The translations under genes were made by a program, and so were the position numbers. A stretch of DNA of 64,000 bases from NCBI GenBank assembly GCA_965205505.1, contig CBDBHB010000006.1:352001-416000 (forward strand), in the 5' to 3' direction. Position 1 is the stretch's first letter, and each line of letters opens with the position of its first letter. Origin of the DNA: Acidobacteriota bacterium. Lineage in GTDB: Bacteria; Acidobacteriota; UBA890; WLXD01. A model generated the notes under the pieces. The model was not told the DNA's origin. It did not search any database and saw only the letters and a list, made by a program, of their open reading frames with translations. Positions 19,175 through 29,166 of the stretch are shown piece after piece.

Positions 19175-20407
19175 ATGAAGATCTGTGAGCTTGGAGAACG
19201 CCCGCCACTCGGCGAGGTTCCGGACGAGATGCACGCTTGCATCATCCGGCAAGATCGCTTTGGTGAGCCTCGCGACGCGTTCAAGCACGAGATCATCCCG
19301 ACGCCTGCGATCGGTCCCGACGAGGTGCTGATCTACAACATGGCGACGGGAATCAACTACAACAACGTCTGGGCGGCGCTCGGCAAGCCGCTCGATGTCA
19401 TCGCGATACGTCAGAAGGGAGGTGAGCCCGAGGATTTCCACGCCGGAGGCAGCGACTGCTCGGGGATCGTCTGGAAGGTCGGCGACGACGTCACCAACGT
19501 GAAGCCAGGCGACGAGGTCGTGGTTCATAGCGGCTGGTGGCACCCGGAGGATCCATGGGTACTTTTGGGGCGCGACCCGATGCTCGCCGAGAGCACCAAG
19601 ATCTGGGGCTACCAGACCAACTACGGCAGTTTTTGCCAGTTCGCCAAAGCACAAGCGCACCAGTGCCAACCCAAGCCGAAGCACCTCACGTGGGAACAGG
19701 CCGGCTGCTACATGCTGTGCGCCTCGACCGCCTATCGCATGTTGATGGGATGGGCACCGAACGTCGTCGAGCCCGACGACGTGGTGCTGATCTGGGGAGG
19801 TGCAGGGGGCCTCGGCTCGATGGGGATCCAGATCGCCGCAGCCGTCGGCGGCCGACCGATCGCGGTTGTCTCGAGCGAAGACAAGGTCGACTTCTGCAAG
19901 CAGCTCGGCGCCATCGGTGTCATCAACCGCAGGGACTTTGACCACTGGGGGATGATGCCCGACACCAGCAGCCCGGAGTACGGCGCCTGGGCGAAGGGGG
20001 CGCGAACTTTTGGCAAGGCGATCTGGGAGGCTGCCGGCGAGCGCGTAAGCCCGACGATCGTCTTCGACCACCCGGGAGAAGCGACCATCCCGACGTCGAT
20101 CTTCGTGGCTTCAACTGGCGGCATGGTGGTGATCTGCGCCGGCACCAGCGGATACAACGCGACGCTCGACTTGCGGTATCACTGGATGCGTCAGAAGCGC
20201 TTCCAGGGCAGCCACCTGTCCAACGACGAGCAGGCAGCGGCGGTAAACCAGCTGATCATCGACAAGAAAATGGATCCTTGCCTGTCACAAACCTTCGCGT
20301 TCGACGAGATCGGCGAGGCGCATCAGTTGATGCACGAGAACCGCCACCCCTACGGCAACATGGGAGCGTTGGTCAACGCCACCGAGCCGGGTCAAGGAGC
20401 CTCGTAG
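19175..20407 (+). CDS. ccrA: Crotonyl-CoA carboxylase/reductase
   Basis: [49 protein letters not shown]; AGGAG RBS. Confidence 0.88.
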   Translation: MKICELGERPPLGEVPDEMHACIIRQDRFGEPRDAFKHEIIPTPAIGPDEVLIYNMATGINYNNVWAALGKPLDVIAIRQKGGEPEDFHAGGSDCSGIVWKVGDDVTNVKPGDEVVVHSGWWHPEDPWVLLGRDPMLAESTKIWGYQTNYGSFCQFAKAQAHQCQPKPKHLTWEQAGCYMLCASTAYRMLMGWAPNVVEPDDVVLIWGGAGGLGSMGIQIAAAVGGRPIAVVSSEDKVDFCKQLGAIGVINRRDFDHWGMMPDTSSPEYGAWAKGARTFGKAIWEAAGERVSPTIVFDHPGEATIPTSIFVASTGGMVVICAGTSGYNATLDLRYHWMRQKRFQGSHLSNDEQAAAVNQLIIDKKMDPCLSQTFAFDEIGEAHQLMHENRHPYGNMGALVNATEPGQGAS

Positions 20408-20468
20408 GATCTGACGGGCCCGTCACACATCCACCACGATATGCAACGATCATCTGTGGGGCGTAGCA

Positions 20469-22790
20469 TTAGTTGCTGGCGACGACTTGCAGGGGCAGTA
20501 GTCGAATCGCCTGCCCCTCGGCCTCGGCATCGATGACCCGGACCTCGACCAGGTAGTTCCCTGGCTCGAGGTTGCTGGGCAGCTGCAGCGTTCCGCGGTG
20601 CACCGTGAGGCCGGTGGGCAGCAATGACTGGCCCGGTATATTCGCAACCGATCGGCGCGCATCACGACGGAACATCGCTGCCGACACGAACGGATCGATA
20701 CCATTTATGACCTCGACGCTGGCTGCGATCGGCATGCCTGCCGGCACGCCTTGCCCGAGCAACGGCATCAGCCCGGTGCGCTGATCCACCGCCACGAGCA
20801 TCGGGTCTCCCATGTTCCAATCGTCCCCCGGAGACGGCACCTCAACTTCGAGGCGCGCCGTGCCCACACGGTCGCCGCCGTCCTCGGCGATCACCACGCG
20901 CAGATCGTACTCGCCCGGGTCGACGCTCCACTCGGCCGTGTACCGGAAATGCCGGAAGGCGTTGTCGGGCGCGTACCGAAACAGGTCCGGCCTCGGTTCC
21001 ACTACCACATGGCTCTCGGCGCCGACTTCGCCGGCGCGGTTCAGCGCGACGGCGTGCACCCGGAAGTATCGGATACCGAGGGTCTCAACCCAGCCGTCGA
21101 CAGCGGTGACGTCGGGGCTCGAGATATCGATGCTCTCGAACGCCGGAGCCCAGCTGCCGTCGACTGATTCCGCCGGCAGCGGCAGGCCAGCCACTAGCAG
21201 GATGGTTGGCGTGCCGTCGTCGCCGAATCGCTGGTACGCCGCAGTCGGAACCGGACGACCCATGATCGAGCCGGGCAGCGCCAGCGCGGCGGCGATCTGG
21301 CGCGTCTTCAGCTCGGGCTCCGCCAGATCGCGGTAGCCGGAGCGGGCGCGGACCTGCAAGCCCGGCCGCCGCAGGGCCACCTCGATCTGGTGGTACTCGC
21401 CATCAGCGTGCGGCGGTGGAGGCTCGTAGAACACCAGGTAGAAGCGACTCGCGTCGTGGGTTTGCTGCTCGAAGGCGTCCGACAGGTTGCTCCAGCCGAT
21501 GAACGCCCGGCCGCCGGTCCTGCTGGCAATCTCGTGCAGAGGCGCAGTGAGGTCGCGATATGCAGGGCGAACGTGCCGACGCAGCGCTTGTGAAACGAGA
21601 TTGTCGCTGATGCTAGCCGAGGTGCCGAGATTGTTGAGCTCGGAGATCGGTCGCGGGTCCACCGTATAGATGCTCACGTTGCCGGTGTTCGCGGTTTCGT
21701 ACAGCTCTTCCAGCAGGTCCAGGATGCGACGGTTCGGAGCCGACCGACCGAGCTGCGATCGGCCTGCCTCAAGGGCAACCGCGTCGCGGACGGCGGCGGC
21801 GAAGGCTTGGTATGGACCGCCTTCACTGAGCATGGCCCCGGAGGAGATCCACACCAGTGCCGTGCGCCCCTCCATGGCCGACAGGGCGTTCGTGAAGCGG
21901 AGAAGGGTAGTGAGTGTCGCCTCACCCCGCTCGCGCTCCAGATCACCGTCTCGCCGCCCCTGTTCTTCCAGGTTCCCGACGATCTCGCGCAGTCTTACAT
22001 TTTGTTGGAGCGGTGTCCCCACTGTGAAACCGGCGCCTGAGGTGGCGGAGTTCACTGCCTCGATCGCCAGCTGCATTACGGGCTCGTAGTCCGTCGTCAG
22101 GCGCGTGAAGATAGTCTTGCGTGTCAGGGCAGCCGCAGACAACTTCTCGGCCGCCGCGCGTAGCACGTCGAGATCGGTGGTCAGGGGGGCGAGCTCCTGT
22201 ACTTCGCCATGCTGGTCGATCATGAACACGCTACGCGGCACGTGCAGTGTCTCGGAACCCTCGATGAAGTCGGTGAAAGTCGCGGTGAGCCTGGGCTTGT
22301 TTTTCGGATCCAGGCTCGGCAGGTCGACGAGGTAGACGATCGCACCGAGCGTGCCGGGCGTTCTGGCGATCGGGGTGAGCTCCGGCCCTGCGTCGTACGC
22401 ACCGTTGCCGCCGCCGTTCGAGCTGGCGCTCTCGTGCGCGGCAGATTCTGATTCCACGTCGACCGTTTCGCCGGTCTCGAGGTCTACCAGCTGAATATTG
22501 AGAATTCGCTGCTCGACGCCGTCCTCGAAGATCTGGAAGTCTTGCCGCGTGAGGTTGTCGACAAAATTGCTGTCGTCGTCGGTGACGATGGCGTCGACGC
22601 GCACCCGTGTCACCGCGCTACGGAACAGCGGCGCCTGCGCCGGCAGAGCTTCCTGGACGATACCGAGCCCTGGATGCGCCCTGGCGTTCGAATGGACCGC
22701 AGCGGCCGCGCGGTTCGACGAGGGCAGCAAGGCTGTCGATACGAGCATCAACAGCGCGATGGTGAGAACGGGTGGGCGGGACCTCTTCAT
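20469..22790 (-). CDS. Secreted Acidobacterial-type VWA domain protein
   Basis: FRS.V.RVRVDAIVTD..FV..L...DF.IFEDGVEQ, GR.ALVWISSG, YTVDPR, TGGRAF, DGEYH.IEV, VRARSGY. Confidence 0.82.
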   Translation of the reverse strand: MKRSRPPVLTIALLMLVSTALLPSSNRAAAAVHSNARAHPGLGIVQEALPAQAPLFRSAVTRVRVDAIVTDDDSNFVDNLTRQDFQIFEDGVEQRILNIQLVDLETGETVDVESESAAHESASSNGGGNGAYDAGPELTPIARTPGTLGAIVYLVDLPSLDPKNKPRLTATFTDFIEGSETLHVPRSVFMIDQHGEVQELAPLTTDLDVLRAAAEKLSAAALTRKTIFTRLTTDYEPVMQLAIEAVNSATSGAGFTVGTPLQQNVRLREIVGNLEEQGRRDGDLERERGEATLTTLLRFTNALSAMEGRTALVWISSGAMLSEGGPYQAFAAAVRDAVALEAGRSQLGRSAPNRRILDLLEELYETANTGNVSIYTVDPRPISELNNLGTSASISDNLVSQALRRHVRPAYRDLTAPLHEIASRTGGRAFIGWSNLSDAFEQQTHDASRFYLVFYEPPPPHADGEYHQIEVALRRPGLQVRARSGYRDLAEPELKTRQIAAALALPGSIMGRPVPTAAYQRFGDDGTPTILLVAGLPLPAESVDGSWAPAFESIDISSPDVTAVDGWVETLGIRYFRVHAVALNRAGEVGAESHVVVEPRPDLFRYAPDNAFRHFRYTAEWSVDPGEYDLRVVIAEDGGDRVGTARLEVEVPSPGDDWNMGDPMLVAVDQRTGLMPLLGQGVPAGMPIAASVEVINGIDPFVSAAMFRRDARRSVANIPGQSLLPTGLTVHRGTLQLPSNLEPGNYLVEVRVIDAEAEGQAIRLLPLQVVASN

Positions 22791-22992
22791 CGAGCAAACT
22801 CCTACACAGGATGGCTTGCAAGCACCCCTGCAATTTATCCGCTGCACCGCCGGAAACCAACAGCAGGGGCCGCAACAGTGGCCACGGTCGAAGGCGTCGT
22901 CCCCATTGCTGGCCATCCAGGCGCACAGGGTGCTCGATGCTGGCCGGCACGGATCGGACCCGGGCCGCGCAGCGTGTGTAGAGTCTACGCCC

Positions 22993-24489
22993 ATGGGAAT
23001 CGAGCTTGCTCGCAAAGCCGGGAGCTTCGCTACTCGGCTGGCAATCGACGGATCAGGCGGGACAGCCCTGTACTCGGAGCTGCTGGCGCGCTCCGCGGCG
23101 GTCGCAGCAGCCGTGCTGGGCGACCGGGACGACCTGTGCGATCGACGCGTAGCGTTTCTCGTGCCGCCGGGTGTCGAGCATGTCGCGGTGCAGTGGGGTA
23201 TTTGGCGCGCCGGCGGAATGGCCGTACCCCTGGCGCTGTCACACCCCGAGCCCGAGCTCGAGCGCGCCGTTGCCGACTGTGAGCCCGCTGCTCTGATCGG
23301 ATCTGACGCGGAGGCGGAGCGCCTGCGTGGCATTGCGGGCGGCGCCGGAATCGAGCTCCTCGCCGTGCCGACGCCGAGCGCTGAAGCCGCGCTGCCGGCG
23401 CTCCCGGAGGTGGCGCCCGATCGCCCGGCGCTCATGGTTTACACGAGCGGCACGACGGGTGCGCCGAAGGGAGTCGTTACGACGCATTCGATGGTCCAAG
23501 CACAGATCACGGCTCTTGCGCAGGCCTGGGGCTGGCGCGACGACGATCGAATTCTGCACGTGCTGCCACTGCACCACGTGCACGGGATGATCGTCGCCAT
23601 GGACACGGCGCTCTGGTCCGGCGCTTGCTGTGAGTTTTCCGCGCCGTTCGACACCGACGCGGTGTGGGAGCGGCTGGCCTCGGGCGATGTCACCGTGTTC
23701 ATGGCCGTGCCGACGATCTATGGTCGGTTGATCCGTGCCTGGGAAAACGCCGCGGATGAGGCGCGAGCCCGATGGTCGCGGGGGGCGGCGGGATTACGCT
23801 TGATGACCTCGGGCTCGGCGGCGCTACCGGTGTCGACAATGGAACGCTGGCAGGAGATCACCGGACACCGTCTTCTCGAGCGCTACGGCATGACCGAGAT
23901 CGGCATGGCGCTGTCTAATTCGCTGGACGGAGAGCGTCGCGCAGGCACCGTAGGGCAGCCGCTGCCTGGCGTCGAGGCCCGTATCGTGGATGGCGCCGGC
24001 AGCGAGGTAGCGGAGGGTACGTCCGGCCAGATCGAGGTGTGTGGTCCGCAAGTGTTCCGCGAGTACTGGCGCCGACCCGAGGAGACCGCGGCGGCGTTCC
24101 GCGAGGGTTGGTTCATGACCGGTGACGAGGGCGTGCTCGAAGACGGCTACTTCCGTATCCTCGGGCGCCGCAGTGTCGACATCATCAAGACCGGTGGGTA
24201 CAAGGTCTCGGCGCTGGAGATCGAGGAGGCCCTACGTCGGCACCCGGCGATCGCCGATGTAGCAGTGGTGGGCGTGGCCGACGAGGAGTGGGGCGAGTGT
24301 GTGTGCGCAGCAATCGTCGCCGTGAGTGGCGATGAGCCGCGCCCGGAGGCCATCCGTAGTTGGTGCAAGGAACGGCTGGCACCATACAAGGTGCCTCGCC
24401 GCATACGGTATCTTGACCGGCTCCCCCGTAACTCGATGGGTAAGGTGACCAAGCTGGCGGTGCACCCATACTTTGCCCAGGGTGGTTGA
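22993..24489 (+). CDS. Malonyl-CoA synthetase (MatB/ACSF3)-like acyl-CoA synthetase
   Basis: YTSGTTGAPKG, LPLHHVHG, FMAVPTIY, LERYGMTEIG, DIIKTGGYKVSALEIE, PRNSMGKV. Confidence 0.85.
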   Translation: MGIELARKAGSFATRLAIDGSGGTALYSELLARSAAVAAAVLGDRDDLCDRRVAFLVPPGVEHVAVQWGIWRAGGMAVPLALSHPEPELERAVADCEPAALIGSDAEAERLRGIAGGAGIELLAVPTPSAEAALPALPEVAPDRPALMVYTSGTTGAPKGVVTTHSMVQAQITALAQAWGWRDDDRILHVLPLHHVHGMIVAMDTALWSGACCEFSAPFDTDAVWERLASGDVTVFMAVPTIYGRLIRAWENAADEARARWSRGAAGLRLMTSGSAALPVSTMERWQEITGHRLLERYGMTEIGMALSNSLDGERRAGTVGQPLPGVEARIVDGAGSEVAEGTSGQIEVCGPQVFREYWRRPEETAAAFREGWFMTGDEGVLEDGYFRILGRRSVDIIKTGGYKVSALEIEEALRRHPAIADVAVVGVADEEWGECVCAAIVAVSGDEPRPEAIRSWCKERLAPYKVPRRIRYLDRLPRNSMGKVTKLAVHPYFAQGG

Positions 24490-24514
24490 GGTGAGCACGA
24501 TACTCGGCTCTTTG

Positions 24515-25966
24515 ATGACCTACTGGCCGGTGCACCTGTTGCTGGCGGCCTATACGGGTGTGCTCGCCTACCACGCATGGCGAGGGAGTCGTGAGACGCA
24601 CGGGCTGGCCGACTACTACGTTGGTGGGCGCTCGATGGGTGGGGTCACTTTGGGGCTGTCGTTCTTCGCTACCTACTCGAGCACCAATAGCTTCGTCGGC
24701 TTTGCCGGTCAGAGCTACGAGTGGGGGATCGCCTGGCTGTTGCTGGCGCCGCTGACCGTGATCATGTCGGCGCTGGCCTGGCGCTGCGTGGCACCACGGC
24801 TGCGCATCTTCACCGAGGAACTTGATTCGTTGACGATCCCCGACTTTATCGGGTTTCGATTCGGCAGCACGCCGGCGCGGGTCGTGGCCGCGGTGATCGT
24901 TTTGTTCGCTAGCTTCTTCTACATGATCGCGGTGTTCAAAGGCATCGGAACACTGGTACAGGCGTTCCTCGAGATTCCCTACGAGGCTGCAATCGCCATC
25001 GTGTTCGTGATCGTGGTGGCGTACACGATGATTGGCGGTTTTATCTCGGTGGTGAAGACCGATGCCGTGCAGGGGCTGGTGATGATCGTTGCCGCCGTCT
25101 TGCTGTTCGGTGGCGTGGTGCGCGCTGCCGGAGGGGTGGGCGCGCTCGCCGAGGTCCGAGCCGCGGCGGAGACGGCGCATCTGTTCTCCTGGAACGGTGG
25201 GGCACCGTTCGTTTTCGTGCTAGGCGTGCTCATCGCCGGTACGGCGAAGTTCGTTACCGACCCTCGCCAGCTATCGCGCTTCTATGCGCTGGAGAGCGTC
25301 GAGGCGGTGCGCGCCGGATTCTGGACATCGACATTGGCGTTCGCACTGGTCTACTCGCTGCTGGTACCGCTTGGTCTCTACGCCCGGCGCATCTACCCGA
25401 GCGCAATCGACGACACCGATCAGATCGTGCCGCTGCTGCTGACCGGTGGCGCAGTGTTCAGTCCCGGGATCACCGCGTTCTTGCTGCTGGCGATGGTCGC
25501 CGCTGCAATGTCGTCGCTTGATAGCGTGCTGCTGGTGATGGCGTCGACCGCCGAGCGTGATATTGCCGGTGTGCTCGGCCGCACCGGCGCAGAGGGGGCA
25601 GAGCTTCGCAAGACGCGGCTGTGGGTGGCGGTGTTCGCCCTGGTTGCGGCGCTCATTGCGCTGCGCCCCCCCGGCGGGATCGTGGCTTTGACGGCGCTCT
25701 CAGGCGCTGTGTTCGCCGCCTGTTTCGCGCCTGCGGTGCTGCTGGGGTTGTACTGGCGTCGCGGAACGGGGGCGGCCGTGCTGGTGTCGTTTGCCGGCGG
25801 GTTGGCGACCCTGCTGCTGTGGCCGCGGCTGCCGATCGCGTCCGGGCATCAGGTCTTTCCTGCAGTCTTCCTTTCGACTCTCTTGTATGTCCTCACCGCC
25901 AAGCGCTCTGCGGTGGTGGAATCCCCGTCCCTGGACCGGTTGTTCGAGCGCGCTCGAGCCGGCTGA
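24515..25966 (+). CDS. Sodium:solute symporter (PanF/PutP-like)
   Basis: DYYVGGRSMG, TIPDF..RF, GG..SVV.TD..QG, AAMSSLDS. Confidence 0.88.
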   Translation: MTYWPVHLLLAAYTGVLAYHAWRGSRETHGLADYYVGGRSMGGVTLGLSFFATYSSTNSFVGFAGQSYEWGIAWLLLAPLTVIMSALAWRCVAPRLRIFTEELDSLTIPDFIGFRFGSTPARVVAAVIVLFASFFYMIAVFKGIGTLVQAFLEIPYEAAIAIVFVIVVAYTMIGGFISVVKTDAVQGLVMIVAAVLLFGGVVRAAGGVGALAEVRAAAETAHLFSWNGGAPFVFVLGVLIAGTAKFVTDPRQLSRFYALESVEAVRAGFWTSTLAFALVYSLLVPLGLYARRIYPSAIDDTDQIVPLLLTGGAVFSPGITAFLLLAMVAAAMSSLDSVLLVMASTAERDIAGVLGRTGAEGAELRKTRLWVAVFALVAALIALRPPGGIVALTALSGAVFAACFAPAVLLGLYWRRGTGAAVLVSFAGGLATLLLWPRLPIASGHQVFPAVFLSTLLYVLTAKRSAVVESPSLDRLFERARAG

Positions 25967-26110
25967 GGCTGTCGAGCCCGCTCCTCTCCCGGGCGATTTC
26001 GCGAGCGGCGGCGTGAGTCTCGGTACAGGCCGTCGGTTGACACACTTCCACTATGGTCTGCAGTGTCCTGCAACAGCGGTTCGTGGTCTTCTACGACCCC
26101 AGGAGGAGAA

Positions 26111-26491
26111 ATGGATTTTCTCAAGGGCTTTGCGGGTTTTGCGCACTGGCTTCCACGCCTGTCGCTTGCCGCTACCTTCGCGTATCACGCGCTGCCAAAG
26201 TTGACCGAATCCGGCGCCATGGCCGAGATGATGGGCATGCCGGCGATTGTCGTCATGATGCTCGGTGCGGCGGAGATGGCCGGCGCGGCGCTGATGCTAT
26301 TCGGGGGCATGGGCTCCGACTCGGCGACGCGCATCGCCGGGCTGATCTTCTGTATCGTCATGGTGGGCGCGATCGGCATGGTGCACGCTGCCAACGGCTT
26401 CAACTCGATCGGCAACATGGGGTTCGAGTTCCAACTGCTCATCTTCGCGACGTCGTTCTACTTCGCGGCAAAGGGGAACGACGCTAACTAG
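26111..26491 (+). CDS. DoxX-family membrane protein
   Basis: AGGAGG RBS; R..LA..F..H..PK, MVGAIGMVH, GFEF. Confidence 0.85.
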   Translation: MDFLKGFAGFAHWLPRLSLAATFAYHALPKLTESGAMAEMMGMPAIVVMMLGAAEMAGAALMLFGGMGSDSATRIAGLIFCIVMVGAIGMVHAANGFNSIGNMGFEFQLLIFATSFYFAAKGNDAN

Positions 26492-26511
26492 TGGCCTGAC
26501 TCAGGCCACTA
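26489..26511. repeat. Perfect palindrome TAGTGGCCTGA-C-TCAGGCCACTA overlapping the DoxX stop codon
   Basis: 11-bp arms with 1-nt centre; CAGGCCACTAA recurs at 53962-53972. Confidence 0.7.
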
Positions 26512-26974
26512 ACAGGGCGGGTTAGATGATCGAGCGCTCTCTCCGCTGATTCGGCGCGAAGACCCCCAGCAGTGGGCTGGGGGGTCGCTTCCTTGATGGC
26601 TCGGTAGCATCCGGGCGTCGCGTTCCTGCCGTTGAACGCGGCGTCCGACCGTGCTACACGTATGTGTACCGATGCGGTGATTTACAGCAACTTGATGGGC
26701 CGCGCGGGGCAGCAAGCGGACCATCTAAGTTGCCGCGCTCGCGGCATCTGCCGCGAGTTTTTTGGTTGAGACTCTGTCAACCTAGGAGAAGCGCATCGGA
26801 AACACGCACGACGCGGCCAGGGGCCGCGACATGAAGAGAGCGGCGAGAGGACCGGCTCGCAGACCCGCTCGCCAACCGTCGTCCTGACGGTGGTACCGCC
26901 GGCTGGGCAAAAGCTCGGAACCATGTGCGAAATCAGCCGCGCCCGTCGCGCGGTATCTCTTCGAAAGGACGTGT

Positions 26975-27331
26975 GTGATGTACGTTTCCAACTGGCTCTC
27001 GACTTGGCGGGCACATCTCTTCGGTGCCGATGCCGAGATCGACTACGACACCTTTGTGACCGGCCCACGCCAACGCCACGAGGTGCCCTGCCGTGTGTGT
27101 GGCAGCCGTTGTGACGAGGCGCGGGCGATCATCGCGACGTCGCCTGGAGATGAACCGCCGATGCTGATCGACCGCTTTGCGTGTCCAAATCGCGCGTCAG
27201 ATTGGCACCAACGAGCACGCGGGCTGGTGGTTCAGATCGAGTCGACCCCAAGCTTGCAGAGACGCCGGCTGCTGTGGGCCGACCTCGACATGATTCTCCG
27301 CCAGCAGCACATGCCGTGGCGAAGGGACTGA
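26975..27331 (+). CDS. Hypothetical protein, possible CxxC...C...H zinc-binding
   Basis: CRVCGSRC ... DRFACP...WH pattern; fills the intergenic gap. Confidence 0.6.
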   Translation: MMYVSNWLSTWRAHLFGADAEIDYDTFVTGPRQRHEVPCRVCGSRCDEARAIIATSPGDEPPMLIDRFACPNRASDWHQRARGLVVQIESTPSLQRRRLLWADLDMILRQQHMPWRRD

Positions 27332-27371
27332 GAGCTACACCTCCACCAGGGCCTGCTGCTACCAGGTCGTT

Positions 27372-28625
27372 TCAGGCGACGATGGAATCCGCTGATCGCG
27401 GCCACCGGTAGAAGGTGAGCGCGCCGTCCTCGAGCTCTGCTTCCACCACGTCGACGGCGGTGATCTGAGCCGACGTTAGAAGCCGCGATACCGGGTCGAC
27501 GATCAAGCGCTCGGTGGCGCGCCTAAGTGGTCTCGCACCGAGAGTCGGGTCGGTGCCCGCGTCGATCACGAACGCCCGCGCTTCCGGACTCGTCTTGATC
27601 AGCAGCGGCACGCCGGCCTGCTCGAGGGCTCGCCTATTGATATCGGCAAGGAACTTGTCGAAGATCCGCCCCAGATGGTCGCTCTGCAGTGGCCGGTACA
27701 CGAGAACCTCGTCGAAGCGGTTGAGGAACTCGATCGGGAACACATTGCGCGCCGCCTCGCTGGCAATGTCGCGCAGGGTGTGCTCGGTGTCGTCCGGTGT
27801 CTCGGCGGCGCGGAAACCGATCGGGACGCGCTCCATTGCCTGGCTCATCTCGCGGCTGCCCACGTTCGACGTCATCAAGATGATCGCCCGCGTCAGGTCG
27901 GTGGTCCGGTTGTTGCCGAGGGTCACCTGCCCTTCCTCGAGGATGCCAAGCAATGCGTTCCATAGCGTGGGATGCGCCTTCTCGATCTCATCGAACAAGA
28001 TGATCGAGTACAGTTCGTTGCTGGCATCGTGCGCTCGTTCGATGAGCGCCGGTTGTTCCTCGTCTCGTTGTCCGCCGGCCTGTCGCATCTGCCAGTGCGG
28101 CAGATCAACGCGTTGCTGGCTCAACAATGGGTCGATGTCGCCACCGACATAGCCGGGCGGCGAGCCCAGCAGCTTGGCGACCTCGTGTCCATGGGCGTAC
28201 TCCTCACAGTTGATGCGGTGCAGCGCCGAGACGGATCCGAACAGTGCCTCGGCCAGCGCCAACGCGGTCTCGGTCTTGCCCACGCCGGTCGGCCCGAGCA
28301 GCATGCCGGTAAGCAACGGGCGGCGGGGATCTCGCAGCCCCGACAGCACCCTCGACCATGAGCACACCAGCGCGTCGATGGCGTCGTCCTGTCCGATGAC
28401 CCGGCGGCTCAGATGTTGTGCTAGCGGCTCGCTTTTCTCGAGGCGGCAATCAGGACGCATCGGGGTGCGCTCACCGGCGAGACGGCGGAACGACGAGGGA
28501 CTGGTTCGCCTGTCACGCGACCGCCGGCTCGGCGAACTCGGTGGGGCCGGGGGGCCCTTGCGGGTGGCCGGCTGCAGGCTTGGGGTAGCGTCGGTCTTGA
28601 CCGTGGCTGCTTTCTTCGTTGCCAT
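27372..28625 (-). CDS. Stand-alone ClpA/B D2-type AAA+ ATPase
   Basis: RRVIGQ, Walker A GPTGVGKT, LLGSPPGYVG, Walker B ILFDEIEKAH, MTSNVG, EFLNRFDE, GARPLRR; AGGAGG RBS before ATG 28625 (alternative ATG 28460). Confidence 0.85.
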   Translation of the reverse strand: MATKKAATVKTDATPSLQPATRKGPPAPPSSPSRRSRDRRTSPSSFRRLAGERTPMRPDCRLEKSEPLAQHLSRRVIGQDDAIDALVCSWSRVLSGLRDPRRPLLTGMLLGPTGVGKTETALALAEALFGSVSALHRINCEEYAHGHEVAKLLGSPPGYVGGDIDPLLSQQRVDLPHWQMRQAGGQRDEEQPALIERAHDASNELYSIILFDEIEKAHPTLWNALLGILEEGQVTLGNNRTTDLTRAIILMTSNVGSREMSQAMERVPIGFRAAETPDDTEHTLRDIASEAARNVFPIEFLNRFDEVLVYRPLQSDHLGRIFDKFLADINRRALEQAGVPLLIKTSPEARAFVIDAGTDPTLGARPLRRATERLIVDPVSRLLTSAQITAVDVVEAELEDGALTFYRWPRSADSIVA

Positions 28626-28804
28626 CGCAGCACCTCCTGCCGCCACTCGGGCGGCCGCGAGGGGACCCTTGCCATACCTATGACTGTGCCGGACGGCACC
28701 AACCCGTTTCACGTCTGCACGATGGTTGCGAGCCAACTGTGCGAGCGACGGTGGCGCGGTATAACCACCAGCACCCTGCAATCGGAGCTTCGAGGAGCGA
28801 GCGC

Positions 28805-29131
28805 ATGAACCCCACGGATCGCTCTTCCCCGCCGGCATTGACGAGCAACCAGCGACGTCATCTGCGGGGCCTGGCACACGGCTTGGCAGCTGTGGTCCAC
28901 GTCGGCAAACAGGGCTTCACGCCGGCGGTGCGATTACAGCTCGACGCGGCGCTAGAAGATCACGAGCTCATCAAGGTGCGGCTTGCCGCGGCGCGACCGG
29001 CGCGGCCAGCCATCGCCGCCATGCTGGTGGATGCCACCGGCGCCGAACACGTGGGCTCCATCGGCGGCGTCTTGATCCTCTACCGGCGTCGAGCCGACGC
29101 CGAGCGCCGGTCAATCGTTCTCCCGACCTGA
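28805..29131 (+). CDS. yhbY: YhbY/CRS1-family RNA-binding protein
   Basis: LT..QR..LR..AH, VGKQG, L..HELIKV, IG...ILYR. Confidence 0.9.
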   Translation: MNPTDRSSPPALTSNQRRHLRGLAHGLAAVVHVGKQGFTPAVRLQLDAALEDHELIKVRLAAARPARPAIAAMLVDATGAEHVGSIGGVLILYRRRADAERRSIVLPT

Positions 29132-29166
29132 CCGACGATCGGCAAGACGGGCGCGCCAGCGGCCGG

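Noticed and set aside
22498-23435. Apparent long overlap between the 988-aa and 663-aa ORFs
   Set aside because: ORF-caller extensions; plausible starts at 22790 (-) and 22993 (+) leave a normal divergent gap.
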